Notes under the pieces: generated by a model | Told to the model about the DNA's origin: nothing | What the model saw: the letters and a program-made list of their open reading frames with translations, nothing else | Database searches by the model: none | Translations under genes and position numbers: made by a program | Shown: in pieces, positions 40,717 to 54,695 of the stretch | Layout: every line of letters begins with the position of its first letter | Position numbering within the stretch: position 1 is the first letter of the stretch | Assembly: GCA_001662655.1 (NCBI GenBank) | Contig: KV460245.1 | Length of the DNA stretch: 64,000 bases | Strand: one strand, 5' to 3' | Origin: Pseudogymnoascus verrucosus | Taxonomy: Eukaryota

Positions 40717-41656
40717 ATGGCCCCACCAGCAGCAGTTGACGAGATCGCCTCTAGCCTCGCTATGGGCGGTGATGTTGATCCCCAAGGTGCCACTACATTT
40801 TTTACCTCCCTTCCATTTGCTGGAAAAGTCGCCCTCATAACCGGTGCATCCCGTGGAATCGGCCGTGGCATGGCTCTCGAGCTCGCCCAGCGCGGCTGCT
40901 CCATTATCGCGAACTATGCGTCGTCCGCGACAGAAGCCAAGTCGCTCGTTAGTGAGATCCACAAGCTCGGAACTGGCGCCAAGGCCATTGCTCTGCGTGC
41001 CGATGTCTCTAAGCCTGATGAGATCTTCCAGCTCTTCGAGGACGGCATCGCCCACTTTGGCCACCTGGACTTCGTCATTTCAAACTCCGGCACTGAGGTT
41101 TGGAAAGATGAGCTCAAGGTCACCGAGCAGGACTTCGATCGAATTTTCGACCTGAACTGCCGTGGTCAGTTCTTCGTCGCCCAGCAAGGCATGAAGTATC
41201 TCCCACGCGGCGGCCGCATCATCCTCATGTCCTCGATTGCTGCCTCCATCTCGCATGTGCCTAACCACGCCTTATACGCAGGCTCAAAGGCAGCCGTGGA
41301 GGGGTTCACAAGGTGCTTCAGCATTGATTGCGGCCCGAAGGGTATAACCTGCAACGCGATTGCTCCGGGAGGCGTCAAGACCGACATGTTTCAGGGTAAT
41401 GCATGGCATTATACACCTGGCGGAACACCGGATACGCCAATGAGCGAAATCGATGCGGGTATTGCAAAGAGCTCCCCATTGAATCGCGTTGGGTATCCAG
41501 CTGATATTGGCCGTGCCGTATCACTACTTGTGAGCCCAGAAAGCGAGTGGATTAATGGTAAGGGACCGCATTTTCACCCTTGTCGGTGATAATTTGTAGA
41601 CGCATGCTAATCTTATCTCAGGCCAGGTCATCAGGCTGAGTGGAGGAGCCATTTAA
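40717..41656 (+). CDS. Hydroxynaphthalene reductase SDR (1,3,6,8-THN reductase, Brn2/Arp2/4HNR type)
   Basis: TGASRGIG, NSG, NHALYAGSKAAVEGFTR and IAPGGVKTDMF..NAWHY. Intron 41558-41621; ends GQVIRLSGGAI*. Confidence 0.88.
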
Positions 41657-42367
41657 ATGGTGCATCAGTCGTTGCCCCCTGACTGTCGTGTCACGATATT
41701 GTATGGACGAGAAAATGTCGAACATTGCATACAGGTTTCTGCCTCAACCTCTACATGTAACTTGCACATCATAGATTGAATCTAAACCAAAGAGTTGCAT
41801 GTTTGACTACCTCAACTGATATGCATAATTGAAGTTCGCGACTCATGCTCAGCTCTAATGACATTAGGTGACGGACTTGCCTTGGTCAAGATTTTGTCGA
41901 GATGTTTTGTCCAACTCCATAATCGTCCCGACTAAAATTTTCGCTTTGGGTTAGAGTAATTGGAGTGTGCGGTTTGGAAGTGAATAAAAGAATTAACCTG
42001 TTCTCGCTGCCATACCTTATCTAAACATTCAACTCGTTTCAGTTCCGAGATGGCAATGTTGTAAGTGTACTTTTTTAGGTTTATGCTCTAGCTAGATTCA
42101 TGCCATGAGGTGTATAGATGAGACCTCATAGAGAAATAGTAACGATATAGTTCGAGTCCAAGTGACTCTTCCATTCAATTGAAGTGGGCTCACATTTGGA
42201 GGAAACAGTTTGCCATAGTTTGAGTATGTTAAACCGATATAGAAGACCATTAAACCCTAAAATGATTGATAACTTTTCGAAACCAATCGCAATTGAACTC
42301 TGATGATCCCGTCCTCTAAATTTATGCTTATGACACGCGCGTCATAAGCATTCATTGTCGCACATAT

Positions 42368-43618
42368 TTAACATCCTTCCGTCGGCCAGAATATTGAATC
42401 GGCTATTCCAGACGTCATACGCTGTTTGCCCATTCTCAGTTCTTCATATGCGATGTTAAGGTTTTTTGATAAGTGACCCAACAAAGTAGAACAAATGCCA
42501 GCATCCCTATCCCTTTCATTGCGTCCGCAAACTTCGCGGAAACGCCCAAAGAGTTCTTCCAGTTTCCGGAGTTCGCGCCATAAAATTTCATTACTGAGCC
42601 AACGACCATCTTCGTTAGCAACGCGATAACTGCCGATAGGCATTTGTGAGTCTGCTCCAGTCGTACCACCGAACCCACCCTGCAACGCTACCTGGTAAAA
42701 TGACAAGATTTTCTCCATTATGGTGGCAAGGAGCATGGTAGTGGTATTGGATCCCGATTTGGAAACACATTCTCTGCAAGCCAACATACTGGCACATCCT
42801 TCTACAGCTTTTCGATTGATGGTCAAGGCCATGTCAAACGCTGACGCTAATCGAGTGGTGCTGGAGTGATTGTGAAGAGCTTGAAGAGATTGAAGGCAGG
42901 TCGTAAAGCAGTTGCAGGATGGCGAGGATATCTTAGCATTGGTTCGGCAATCAGGTGGAGAGTTGGCATCGAGCGATGAATTTGGCGATGGAAGTTCTGC
43001 ATTCGTGCGGGGATGGAATGGTAAATTTGACGACTGACTATCGGACCATGGCGAGATTAAATTCAGCTGTGGTACAGCACCTAAATATTTCGGGCAAGAC
43101 ATCATTGTCCCTTGATCGTTTTGGACGACCGGATTGTCAAACTCGATCTGCGATATTGGCGTCCAAGGGAGCGAGGGGTCAAACAACTCGGTAGTGCTAG
43201 GAGGCAGTCCCAAATCGTAAGCATCAAACAAAGCGTCGTTGCGATGGGATGCAGTTGTGTTTGCCGAAGATAATTGCTTTCTATTTCCATTCGCTGACCC
43301 TAATGAAATATTCTTTTTATCGGTAGCTATGGGCATAGCTTGAGAGTCAAACGCAAAGCGGGAATGCGCGGCCTCGTCGACGTTCGTATTTCGGTCGGCA
43401 ACAGCACTGGTATTGATGTTGGAGTTGCTGATTCTCCTATCTGTACTTGGTTTGCCGGTCCTCAACGATGGACTGTATTTACAATCTGTTCCGCACGTGA
43501 GGCAGCGAGAACATATCGGCCTAGTTTTACTGCATTTAACCTTTGCGAAGAAGCATCCATCACAAGAAGCTCTGAACCTCTGAAGACGGGTCTTATTTGA
43601 AACTTTACTTGGTGACAT
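42368..43618 (-). CDS. Zn2Cys6 pathway-specific transcription factor, AflR-like
   Basis: [31 protein letters not shown] cluster and an AflR-like C-terminal block ([11 protein letters not shown]...[21 protein letters not shown]). Confidence 0.85.
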   Translation of the reverse strand: MSPSKVSNKTRLQRFRASCDGCFFAKVKCSKTRPICSRCLTCGTDCKYSPSLRTGKPSTDRRISNSNINTSAVADRNTNVDEAAHSRFAFDSQAMPIATDKKNISLGSANGNRKQLSSANTTASHRNDALFDAYDLGLPPSTTELFDPSLPWTPISQIEFDNPVVQNDQGTMMSCPKYLGAVPQLNLISPWSDSQSSNLPFHPRTNAELPSPNSSLDANSPPDCRTNAKISSPSCNCFTTCLQSLQALHNHSSTTRLASAFDMALTINRKAVEGCASMLACRECVSKSGSNTTTMLLATIMEKILSFYQVALQGGFGGTTGADSQMPIGSYRVANEDGRWLSNEILWRELRKLEELFGRFREVCGRNERDRDAGICSTLLGHLSKNLNIAYEELRMGKQRMTSGIADSIFWPTEGC

Positions 43619-44628
43619 CGTAGCTGGTATTCGTTTGAGAGTTATTGAAATGGAGATATAAAATATGGCACCCTATGGATGGCACGGTCGACGTTGGCTG
43701 GAGCTCCACTGATGAAAATGTTGTGTTAATTCGATGCCATTTAAGTCGAGTGAAGGTAAAGTGAAGGTAAAATGCTTCTGCAGCAACATATATCATTTCA
43801 GACAAGTTAGATGGCCATATGATAAACCTGTGATCTAGGAACAGTTATTTATATGACGTAAGTAGTGAACCGGCCAAAGAAGCGGAAGCGTCAAAATGAC
43901 GCGTTAGTAGTTGCTGTCAACTAGTACCACATTCTTAAGGTTCTGTTCCAGTGCGCCGACCAATTGCACTGTCGCTCAGTGCAGCTACATCCTCTACATG
44001 AAGCTGCGCTGAGGCAGCTTCTATTTACGGTCGTCAGTATCAGCGAACAGATTGGATAAAACCTTCTCACGGTTCAAGAACAAAGTGATGGCCTACAACC
44101 CCCTCATGTTTCTCACATACGCGATAGTCCAGAGCGACCTAGCCCGGTTACGTCATTAGATACTTTCACCACGACCTCTTAAGCCACAACCTACCATAAC
44201 TCTTCTTAGTGTTGAGGTCATTGATAATATCGCTTAGAGCCCTCTTTTGTCCATGGGTCTCTGTCGCCTTCCGAGCATACCTCGATATTCTCTATGTAAA
44301 ATCCCGATCTAGAGCGTCTATTTCGTCGCTTTTAGCAATTTGTACGCATTCTGTGTTACTATTTTACGCTAGTATTAGCACGTACACCTACCTAGAACTG
44401 GTAGTGCATCTCTCGCCAGTATCGTAACAGAGGGATGCGATAGCTCTAAGCTCTCAGCACCAAAAATCATATGTTTCCTCACTTACTAACGGTCCTCTCA
44501 AGTACTGCTCTGTGTCACGTAGTCGAAGCGTGAGTCTAAATAGTGATCGTACATTGTAATTAATAAGACTTTAGATGCTCTCTTAAGGAGGGCATCCTTC
44601 ATAGCTATATATCAGTGGAGCATTATAT

Positions 44629-47600
44629 TCAAGCCATCGCAACGGCCTCTCTGATTTTATTCCCAAGTTTCTTCACCTATCACTAAGTTAGTACGTATAT
44701 AACCACGCTCCCACATTGGAAAGACCCACCAAGTCTCCTCCCATCATCGAGAAATGATTCCCTGGCATACGCACACATCTAATCTTCTCCGCCGGAAGAA
44801 GAGAATCCCATAGGTTCGGCCCAAAATCGCTCCTGTTATCTAGCAGAAACAGCGCGTGTCCTTCTGGATATGGATCGGGTCTCGGGTCGCTCTCGTTCTT
44901 ACACACACCGTCTTCGCACCAGATAGCCGTAACCGAGGGCGCCTTGTCTTTGGGGATACTAACGGCGTCGTATGTTGATAAAGCCGCGACTGAGGCAGCG
45001 AAGTGGGGAAGAAGCCAGGAAGGGAGTTTATTCGGGTCGCCATCGCCGAGCAGTCCGATGGATGCGAACCAGCGATGGAGTGAGGTTGGTAATGCTTCGA
45101 TGATCAGAGGGCATGGCGCATCAATCATGATCAGATGACTGACTCTATCGCCCGCCTTCACCAACTGATTCGACATCTCGAAAGCAATGACCCCCCCGGC
45201 CGACCAGCCAGCCAGCAAATATGGCCCAACTGGCTGGCGACGCTTGACCTCCTGAATGTACTTTGCAGCTATCCCAGGAACGCCACAGGTGAATTCCTCA
45301 CTTGTCTTCATGTATGGCGAATTGAGACCCCACATGGCTAGCCCTGGTGAAATCTCTGGGATGTCAGCGTAAGAGGTTGCTGAGCCGGAGCCGTCAGGAA
45401 CCATCCAGAGATGCGAGGTGGCGGTGCGAATCTTTCCTTGAAGAAGCACAGACGTTGCGAAGCGCTCTGGCGTGATATTGGTGACTTGGTGTCCAGTTTC
45501 TTTGGGAGAAACTGTTTCTGTGGATATTGGTCGGGGTAATAGCTTTGGAAAAGATCTGGCAGGAATGCGGACAGGTTTGGGTGGCTGGCCAATTCCAAGC
45601 TTGCGCTCAATGTCTTTAATGGATGCGCAGGTGACGAAAAGATCAGCCGGCAGAGATAGGTCAGTCTTCTCTCTCAACTTCCCAAGAATCAAAAGAGCCA
45701 TAAGAGAATCAACACCAAGAAGGGCGAGATCTAGTGCATGGGCGACTTCTTGCGTTGTGACACCAACTTCGACTGCGATAGTATTTTGAATAATCTCACA
45801 GAGTTGATCATCCTTGCTCAATTCCAAATCCGAATCATCTGCTGGAGTTGACAAGGGAGACATCTCCCCAAAATTAGGTGTGGAGCTATCACTATTAGGT
45901 GTGGAGTCATCAGTATTAGTATATAAGATAGAATCTTCCGTGTCTTCAGAAATCTCGCTGTCTGCTCTTTCAAACCTGGCCAGAAAGCTCTTGAACTGCC
46001 CGATTGTCGGGCATTCGAGGAAGATTGACGAGGGCAACTCGATCTCGAGCTTTTCTCGAACTGTGCCGCCTATTGTCAGCGACATAAGAGAGTCGACTCC
46101 GAGATCCGCAAATGTGATATTATCAACGAGCTCATCCATGCCAACGCCTACTTCTTTTGCCACGATGTCCATTGTTTGCGAACAGATAGTCACAAACTTC
46201 TTACTGGCAGGCTCCAGGCTCGTTGTGCTGTCTTGCGCAGTCTTGATTTTCGTAGTAGTCGTGGTTGTCTTGTGTAACGTAGATGTGGTCGGTATTGCTA
46301 CAGCTGGTGATGGCTCAGCTACTGGAGCTTGGGCTGGAGGAGCCGTAACACCGACTGGTGGGAGCAAAGTATTTAGCACAGTGCGTAAGATGCACTGGAA
46401 CTTTAGACCGCCAACGACGGCAACAATTCTACTGCCATCAAAGACATAGACGTCACCAGCAAGCATCTTTCCGCCAGCTGGTTGCATTTTGACGTATGAA
46501 CGGTAAGTTTTTTCGGCAGAAAATGGTTCCGCGATGCGAAGAGAGTCCCAACCATGAGACACGTAGACTTGATTTCCTGAATCGACAGCATCGCTCCCGT
46601 TTACAATAAAGCCGGAGATATGTGCCACGCTATCAATCCAGTATGGACTGCATACGAAAGTACCATCTGTAGGTTTAGTCTGGAAGGAGATATGCGACGT
46701 TGCTTCCATGTTCTCACTGCAGAGAATAACTTCTTCCATACCGCGATACTTTGCATCGTAATCAACCAACGCAGAGAAGAGCTTGTATGCAAGGCCACGA
46801 CCTATCTTACTAGCTTTGCCGTTTTTCTCGGCATTCTTGAGCCAGTCGACTCGATGTTGGATCAGGTAAGCTACTCGCTCCCATTCCGATAGCCAAGCAG
46901 CACAATCACCGAATGAGACAACGCAGTGAGCATGGTCGACGCGAGCCTTATCTGATCCGCTCGAGAAGATGAGTTTCGCAGAGCTGCGAGAAGCATCAAT
47001 ATAGGCAGTTAGCTTGAGAATTTGACTCGCGCCGTCTGGTCGTGCAATGAGTGGCTTGATTACTTCCATGCTTGCAACGTTGATGCCGATATTCTCAACA
47101 TCCGGGCGCACAAGCTTATATCCATACTCGCACACTGTCATGGCCATGTCAGCATAGATTGATGATGGACAAAGACCTGCGCCATTAACTAAATGTCCCA
47201 TGACGGCAGAGCGAAGGTCAGCTCTTGCCAGATCGGACTCGGTGGAGACAGTCGCCACATCGCCGTCAACCAAATCCTCAACAACCTTATGTACGGTTGT
47301 AGTAGAAATCTTGGGTTTCGAATCTTGGCAAGAGGCAACTTGACTATCACTGGCTCTTCCTTTCGTCAGACACCAGTCTCCAGTATACTGAATCCAGTAG
47401 TTCTTCTCATCGAAGGCATATGTCGGCAAATCCAAAAGCTGGACACAATCCAGGTGATCTCGATGATATTCATTCCAGTCAATATTGAAGCCTGCTGTGT
47501 GAAGAGTGGAAAGACTGTCGCTGAGCGTTTTATAAGCGCTCTCAGTCCTCCTCAGGGAAGAAACTGCCACAGTCTCCTTCCCAAGCGTTGACTTCACCAT

Positions 47601-50600
47601 GCCTATGCAAACCGGATGAGGGCCAACTTCCAAAAATAGGGTCTTCTCATTGATCAGCCCAGCTGACCGAATTGAGTTTATACCGTCCAAAAAGTTTACT
47701 GGCTCACGAGCATGTCGTCGCAGATAGGACGCATTCACAGTTTCTCCTTCTCTAAGTTGCCTTCCAAGTAGCGTTGAGACGATCGGAGCTGTTGGAGCGT
47801 GAAACTGAACTGAAGCCGCCAACTTCTCAAACTTGTCGAGGATTGGATCAACCTGGGCAGAGTGGAAGGCGAAAGGTACTTTGAGCTGCATGCATTTAAA
47901 ACCAGCTGCAGTAAGGCGTTCCGAGATGACATAAATCAGTGCTGTATCTCCACTGAGTACTGTCTCTTCTGGCCCATTGATGCATGCAATATTAATGCTT
48001 GCCTCGTCCACAGATTCTCTGATCGACAAGACTGAAGCCTTGACAGCAAGCAAGCCATGACTGCTAACTGTGCACTTCTCCATGAGAAGCTGTGCCCTCT
48101 TACCGATAAGGTAGATTGCATCACTGGCTGAGATAATGCCAGCTACATTGAGAGCTGCGTATTCGCCAAGACTGTGTCCGATGACAACGCTTGGATTGAT
48201 ACCCCAAGAAGCCCACAATCGGGCCATTGCCATCTCGAAGCACAACAAACCAAGCTGTACAACAACTGGTGATAAATCTTCCACGGCAGCAGCAGAACCA
48301 TCTATAAGTGGTAAAAACGAGGGTAAGCAATACATGGCGGCAATGTTGTTGAACTCGAGCATGGTCTCCTTGAACAACGATGAACTCTCAAAGAGCTCCT
48401 TGCCAAGAGCAGCATAGTGCGACCCTTGTCCAGTAAACACAAAGACAATCTCTTGGGTGGTCAGAGGAATTGGCGTAATGTCTTCAGTCAACTTGTGCTT
48501 GATGAATTCTCTGACCTGAGTAATATTGAATCCTGTGACTGATATCCGCCAGTTGTGTTGAATTCGACGGGCAGTAGTCGTATACGAGATATCCGCGAGC
48601 GATGCCTCCGGGTGTTGTTCGATGTAATACATCAAGCGCTCAGCGTTCTTTATCACGGCAGATTTTGATTTCGCAGTTATCGATACCATATGCGCTGATC
48701 GGTTATCTGTCAAAAGCGTCTTCGTAGCAGGACCGTCCTCGAGCAACAGCCCAGAGTTTCCACCAGCAGCACTGAAGTTGTTGACAAAAACACGTCGTGG
48801 TTGGCCAGCTTTCTTAAGTAGAGGAGTGGAATGATAAGCAATATGTACATTCCTCTCTGCCAAATCTTTTGGGAACGTTCTATTGATCGTCTTCTTGATG
48901 CCAACGTGTGGAGGCACGGTATTCTTCTGCAGCATCATGAGAACTTTGATAAGTGCTGTAACTCCAGATGCCGCTTCTCCATGGCCCACATTTGCCTTGA
49001 CTGAACCGAGATATAGCGATTGCTCTGCGCTTCTCTTCTGGTCTGCAGGAGCGAAGACATTTGTGACTGACTTCATCTCAGTGGCATCGCCGGCTTGAGT
49101 GCCAGTGCCATGCATTTCCACATAGTCTACATCCAATGGATCAACACCAGCCATATTTAGGATATTGCGATATAGAATCTCTTGAGTTCCGGCATGGGGA
49201 TGAGTGATTGACACTGCATCTGCCGAATGATTCGTGGCCGTGCCAAGAATGACACCGAGAACATTGTCCTTATCTGCAATAGCATCCTCGAGTCTCTTGA
49301 CGATGACAGTAGCACAAGCATCGGCGCGACAATATCCGTCGGCGTCGTTATCGAAGGTGGCACATGGCCCATTCTTTGACAAGAACTGTCCTCTGCTGAG
49401 GCCGGCGAAAATGTCAGAGTTGGTCATACAACTCAGGCCTCCAACAACAGCAGTATCGCAGTCCTTGGCCCACAGCGACGTACAAGCGAGTTGCATAGCC
49501 GCCATACTGGAAGAGCAGGCGGTGTCGATACTGAAACTTGGCCCACTAAAGCCGAAATGATAGTTGATACGTCCAGGTCCAAATGCGCGGACGCCACCTG
49601 TAATGAAGTATGTGTCAACCTCCTGCGCTGCATTGATTTCACGCCAATCATCACTGGTCTGTCCATAAAATGTACCAACTCTGTCGAGCTTTGTGGAGCG
49701 AGTTCTGTTTGGCACATAGCCAGACATTTCCAAGGCCTCATAAGCGGTAGTAATAGCCATGCGTTGCATCGGATCTGTTTGATGCGCTTCTCTTGGCGAC
49801 ATATTGAAGAAGCGAGGATCAAATAGACCTGGATTCTCAATCCAGGCTCCATAAGACGTATGACTCGTGTTCATAACCTTTCCAGAAGGGTCACAGTGAG
49901 TCTTCATATCAAATCGATCTGCCGGTACCTCTCTGTGTAAAGCGAGTCCCTTTTCGAGCAGTTCCCATAGCTTCTCATGCGTTGCAGCATCGGGGAAACG
50001 GCCTGCCATACCGACAATAGCAAGTTTACACCGCTTTGACGAACCATGGTCTCCTGTGTGAGGTGCCATACGATCCTTTTTTGAATGCGGTGCGCGGCGC
50101 AGATGAACCTCAAGACCTGTTTCATTCTTGAGTTGTTGTACTAGGCTACTAGCAGCTTGCGTTGGACCGAACGGTATAACGAGACACGATGAGCTTCTAT
50201 AATTATTTGCTTGCGTCACACAGCTTGCTAAGACCCGCTGAAAATTTAGTGGCTCCAGAAGAATGTCTCGAATAACTGCTGTGATAAGCTTTTTAGGATC
50301 TTTTTCCGCAAGCCACTGCCCTGTTGAGCATGAAATGACAGGGAATCGTCGAGATGCATTTTTGAGAACTTCGCTTAGGTTAGAATCGTTAAGTCGCAAA
50401 ACTGCCTCAATTTCAGCGGCGGAATAGAGATGTGATGCGTGGTACGGCCCATAGATAGGCAGTGGTAGTGGCCCATCTTTGAACTCATGCTCATCGACAA
50501 GCGCCTTCAACGTGGGTGGTGGACCGCTAAAAGCTATGCTCGTTGAAGTGATGGCGCTGATATATGCTTGACTGGTCGTTGTGTAGCCCTGGCAAAGTTA

Positions 50601-51272
50601 AGTCTCCAATTTTTGTTTGTGTGTAGTGATAACTCACCTTCGACTCGTTAAAATCAGCAAGTAGGGACCTTCCAGCTGGTTCATTAAGTCCCGGAACAAC
50701 ATAAGTCCAGCTCTTGGCCGCATCGCCAGATTCATGTATGTGCTCTGCAAGAGCAGAAACATGTCGTCCTGTTCGGAAGGCCAAAAGTACAAATTCGGCG
50801 CCAATGTTTACAAGAGCCGAGAGAGATGGTGCAATGGAAACCGCAACGGCGGCAATAAGCCCGGTGCAGAGGCCAACTGTCCATGTTTCCTGTGGTCTTG
50901 TAGCATCTTCCGGAACCTTTTCTGCTCGACTAAAGTATTATAAGCATCAGATAAGAGCAAGATCGTAGTGAGCACGTACTCGATATAGTGAGCGAGTTGT
51001 GTAGTAACAAGAAGAGCACTGTCTATTGCAGGATGTGTAACATCCCTGGTATGATATCTCTGACTAAGTTCTTGGATTGTAGTGAAAGATGGTATGTGTC
51101 GACGTTCTAGAGATGGGAGACGTTCGATCTCATTTTGAAGAGTAGAAGCAACGCGATTGAGGAAAGCATGTGAAAGAATACTTGGATTTCCATTACGGCA
51201 AAAGTCTGCAAGAAACCCCTGTGTGTCCAGAGACTGTTCTCCAAAGAGAAGAAATGATATTTTCTCGGCCAT
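44629..51272 (-). CDS. Non-reducing iterative type I PKS, SAT-KS-AT-PT-ACP-ACP-TE (~2160 aa), DHN/naphthalene type
   Basis: SAT GLCTG; KS DTACSSS, HGTGT and GHGEAASG; AT GHSLGE; PT GHLVNG; ACPs GVDSLMSL and GVDSLMAL; TE GWSAGG...GNHFSMM. Introns 50979-50930, 50637-50589 and 44729-44677. Confidence 0.95.
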
Positions 51273-52734
51273 TTTGAGCACCAGTTGGACATCAGTAAGA
51301 ATAATGGGACGCAGGGTTTGGAGGTGCTTTTAGGCTTATAAAGAGTAGAGAAAGTGCTTTACCCGACATGGCAATACTTCCATTATACTTTTAGTCACAT
51401 TTAGCGCATCAACTCTATCGGTCGCCGAGCGCTGATTCAGGTCTATATCGTCATATACGTGGTACATTAGATCCAAAATTGCCTTGCGAGGCTTTGGTAG
51501 TTTCGTTATTTCCATCTATTACTATGGAAAGCCACAATGCTGGTAAAAGAAGCCCTCAAGCTCAATCGAGACATAATTGAAATCAATCCACACTTTAAAA
51601 AGAGACATCGTCCACCCCATTAGGGAAGCTTTTTACATGTCAAGACACAGCATGAAGATCCAATACCAAATGGAAATTAGGAAGCGCATGGACGCCGACC
51701 GAAGACCGAAGCTATAGCTACGAATTGAGCAGTACCACAGCCATCATCTCGAGCTTAAAGAGAGAAGACATCAGTCCTTTGATTTGCATTACAGGAACCC
51801 AAAAAATTTTCCTGTTGATGATTCAAAAAGGCTTAGAGTTTCCGGCGGACTTCGTGGACATCCCCATGGAGGTCCGAAAGAACACGGAGAGCCACAAATG
51901 AGCTAACGTCAGTGTTCAAGCCATGTGTGCGAGGTCGCAATGTCAATTGAAATATTAAAGAACTTCTTTAAATATTCTATACCAGATAATCCCCGTTGCC
52001 AATGAAGAGGTAAAGTAAGCACCTTTTTATAATAATTTGTATAGAGGGCAAGCTAAAATAAGGTTCTCACTTCGTCGCCCTACCCAATTCCTCGGTCACC
52101 TTCGCGCCCATTCTCGCTACCTCTCTCATCGGCTTTTGAGTCAGGAAACTGGTTCTGTTCTTCTAAAAAATCGGGCAGCTGGCTTTTTGAAGAGCTGCTA
52201 CACTCTTTTCCAGAGGGCCTCCTACTTTCGAGCCTAAAATGCAGCCCTGGAAGCTGCTTGTGGACCTGGTTAGCTGCATTGCGGGGTATTAGTTTACATA
52301 CTAATAAATGCAAGATCGGGAGTCGTACCAAAGTTCGAAGCGCAAGGCCTGGGCCGGCACGCTTACGAACTGGCTCGGTTCACGGTTGGGCCGGAACATA
52401 CACGAAGTGATAAAAGGGATGAGATCATCCGTAGCAATCCCTACTCCCAGCGGGTTTCCGAGGATTTTCCCCACCGGACTTCCGTCGGGGATAGTGAAAA
52501 TTTTGATATCATATAGACCGCCCAAAAAAACCTTCACTAGTCCTGTGTCATATTTTGTCGGGGCTGTTTAAGAACACGTCATTTTGGCCTAATCCTAGCA
52601 TTCAGGCCGACCAGCAGCTGTTAAACTTCAATTCACCTCGGTCGTATAGGCTCACGTTGAGTTTCTGTAGTCGCGAAGCCTTTACTGCAGCGCCTAAATT
52701 CTACAGTTGATTTCCCCACTTACTGAAAGCTACT

Positions 52735-54543
52735 ATGGGTTTATTTCTAATCGTACTGTTGGTTGTGATACTTCCATGCGCCGTAGCAGCTCATAGATGG
52801 TGGCATGATCCTTATCGTCGTATGCCAGCGGGAGCTCGAAAACTTCCAGGACCATGGAGTACGCATCATTTCTCTGCAGTAATCAACGATAATATATGTA
52901 CTTACTGGATCCGCAGGCATGTGGTTTATTGGCCGTATTCACGATATCCCAAAAGAAAGAACGTGGCTTGGGTTCTACAAATGGGCGAAAGAATCAGGCC
53001 CCATCTACAAGCACGAACTCTTTGGCTCGACCCATGTCTGGATTTCCTCAGAGCAAATCGCGAAGGACTTGCTTTCGAAACAAGGGTCCATATTTTCCGA
53101 CCGGCCACTGATAGATAATCTTCCTATCAACAAGACGGGCGGAGAGTACCTCCCTCTCTTGGGGGAAAATGGTATGCTAGACAGTTCCGTCTTTGTCAGG
53201 TACTGGATAAAATGGTAACTTGTTCTAATCTAGAGATCTGGAAGCACCAGCGGAAGTTTGGACATCTTCTCATGACAACAAGCTCAAAGAATGCTCAATA
53301 CCACTATCCGGTCATTGAGACTAAGCGCCTCTTGTACAAGCTTCTCCTCGCGCCAGAGTCCTACAGAAGCCTCCTCGAGGACCACACCAGTCGGAATATC
53401 TCCCGTTTAGCGTGGGGCTCGCCAGATTGTTATCTGACTCTGCAACAAGTGACTATGGCTCTGTTGAGTGTGATTTCGCCAGCAGGCGCTCTCCCTAATG
53501 TAATCTCACCTCTCGCTGCACTCCCAGAATGCCTATCACCATGGAAGAGGTACGAAAAGCAGCGATATGCCTTCGAGCGGGAGTTCTTCCTCAACCAGAT
53601 GTCGAAGGTCCGCAAAGAATGGCTTGCAGGTACAGCCAAGCCATCTTACATGCGCCTGTTCCTTGAGTCGCAAGAGAAGTTTCAAACTAGCTACGTTGAA
53701 GGTGCTTACCAAGTCGGCATGATGGCTATTGCTGGAGCCTTGACCATAGCTAGTCCGATGATGAGTTTTGTTCTCGCGATGGTTCAATCACCTGAATGGC
53801 TTGCGAAGACGCAGGAAGAACTCGATCGGGTATGTGGCGACAGATTGCCTGCAATGGCTGACATGGAGAATCTGCCCGTTTTGCGAGCCGTCGTGAAAGA
53901 GGTGCTGAGGTGGAGACCACCAGTTCCTACTGGTTTGTCGCAATATCCTACAATGTCTGACCGTTACTTGACTAACCATTTTGCAGGAATCCCACATGCT
54001 TCGACTAAGGACTATGTGTACCAAGGCTACTTCATCCCCGCTGGCTCTACTATCCACGCATTTGAATGGTAGGAATACGTGCAAGTTTAAACTTGGTGAA
54101 GATGGTCATGCTAACTTGAATCTAGGGGCCTCACCCGGGAACCAAGTATTTACCCAATGGCAAACACCTTCCTTCCTGACCGATGGCTAAATCCCTCTTA
54201 CCCTACATACCGCGAGCCTCTCACCATCCACCCAAAACTCGAAGGGCACTCACAATTTGGGTATGGCCGCCGGACCTGTATGGGAGTCGACATCGTCAAC
54301 CACGAGCTATTTCTTGTTTGCGGTGCCATCGCCTGGGCATTCAACCTAAGGAAGAAAATAGATGAGAACGGACAGGAGATCCCTCTCAATGATATGGAAT
54401 ACTCCAATCTGCTGATTTCCAAGCCAGCAAAATTTTCGTTCGACTTGACCTTGAGGGACGCGATGAAGGGAGAAAGCATTGTCGCGATGTGGGAAGCGGC
54501 CGAGAAGGAGGATGGAATTCAAAATGAACCGATTAATGTATAG
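52735..54543 (+). CDS. Cytochrome P450 monooxygenase
   Basis: N-terminal TM anchor plus LPGP, EVLR (ExxR), PDRW (PERF-like) and heme motif FGYGRRTCMG. Four introns at about 52859-52916, 53172-53234, 53933-53986 and 54069-54125. Confidence 0.92.
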
Positions 54544-54695
54544 TTCCTTTATGTTCTCTTATGTGGGTTGCCTGGTCCTATATGATGGTTTATTCGGGTT
54601 TGGGAGGAGTTACGGGCATATATCAGAGGTCTTGTTCTATAACCGTGCTTCGGAACATGTAGGGTGATAACTCTTTCTTCCACGGAGATCGTATA

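Noticed and set aside
42324..42351. 11-bp-arm palindrome just 3' of the AflR-like gene
   Set aside because: Too short to assign a function, and bacterial-style terminators do not apply in fungi.
44840..50125. Numerous antisense and alternate-frame ORFs within the PKS and other genes
   Set aside because: Shadow ORFs of real coding sequence.
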